This document shows positions 63,221 to 64,000 of a stretch of DNA of 64,000 nucleotides, in pieces. Each line of letters begins with the position of its first letter. Position 1 is the stretch's first letter. The position numbers were made by a program, and so were the translations under genes. The notes under the pieces were generated by a model. That model did no database searches and was not told the origin of the DNA. It saw only the letters and a program-made list of their open reading frames with translations. Source of the DNA: Mobula hypostoma (Eukaryota); NCBI RefSeq assembly GCF_963921235.1, contig NC_086108.1, forward strand, positions 65,598,001 to 65,662,000. Reading direction: 5' to 3'.

Positions 63221-63764
63221 TTCTAATGTAGTTCTAGTGTGCGGGCTAAATGTTTTAACACAACCAACTGCAAGTATAATAATGAGAAAATGTTAATTAC
63301 CCCAAGTGTACCATGTCCAGGGTTCTTCAAATATATTTAGTTCTCAATTAAGTAAGCGTAAGCAACATTTAAAACAAACTTCTTTTTATTCTAAAGTACT
63401 TAAATCAGGGAAGGCTTATGGAAAGATGCCTGGTAAGCTCATTTTGAGAGAAAGGAGGCAAATCTCCTTGTAATATTTTGCAATTTTCTTTTGATTTTCC
63501 CATCTTAAATAAAAGTAAGTAATTTCACTATTCTTATGCTTGCTGCCTTTGTCTACATGTCCTTACATAAGCGCTTTCTAAAGAAAATGAATGCAAGCAG
63601 TTGCTATTGTTAAGCACAATGTGCCATGACCATGGTATATTTGATCAGAACTTGACTGACTGTAGTTTTCAGATTCTGCATTAGTTGTTTATGAATGCAT
63701 TTCAAGAACTCAGCTTCTAACTGGGCAAATCATATGTCCCAGTCCAGAGTAAACTTGAGATTCC

Positions 63765-64000
63765 GTAGATGCTGAAAATCCAGAGCAACATACACAAAAT
63801 GCTGGACGAACTCAGCAGGTCAGGCAGCATTCCCTCCACCTTCCTTTTCCCCTATGGTCCACTCTCCTCTCTGATCAGATTCCTTCTTCTCCAACCCTTT
63901 ACCTTATCCACCTATCACCTCCCAGGTTCTTACTTCATCCTCTCCCCACCCGCCTGATTTCACCAATCACCTTCTAGTTTGTACTCCTTTCCCCCTCTCC
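63765..64000. mobile_element. Penelope-like element with an inverted pLTR start, cut by the window end
   Basis: agatgctgaaaatccagagcaacatacacaaaatgctggacgaactcagcagg, followed by the pyrimidine-rich PLE 3' region. Confidence 0.65.

Overview
This is AT-rich, intron-dominated vertebrate genomic DNA. The repeat landscape (CR1-dominated, with abundant Penelope-like pLTRs) suggests a cartilaginous fish, probably a ray or skate, but that is inference. The only host gene is a + strand multi-PDZ gene, recognisable as PATJ/INADL. Twelve phase-compatible GT-AG exons (2048-60753, 1323 nt, 441 aa) encode three complete PDZ domains and part of a fourth, and the gene runs off both ends of the window. Most notably, exons 1-4 encode an intact PDZ equivalent to MPDZ/MUPP1 PDZ9, which human PATJ appears to retain only as a decayed linker. 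The introns are packed with mostly decayed mobile elements. These include CR1, Rex1/Babar, L1-like and RTE-derived non-LTR elements, three IR/DR Tc1 elements, Tc1/mariner/pogo-type non-autonomous elements, a solo LTR, and many Penelope-like copies carrying minimal hammerhead ribozyme motifs, fold-back structures and 13-15 bp target-site duplications (TSDs). Several multi-layer nests can be ordered in time. There are no prokaryotic features, rRNA, tRNA or CRISPR arrays. Boundaries of decayed TEs are approximate, and comparisons with human proteins are from memory and need an alignment.
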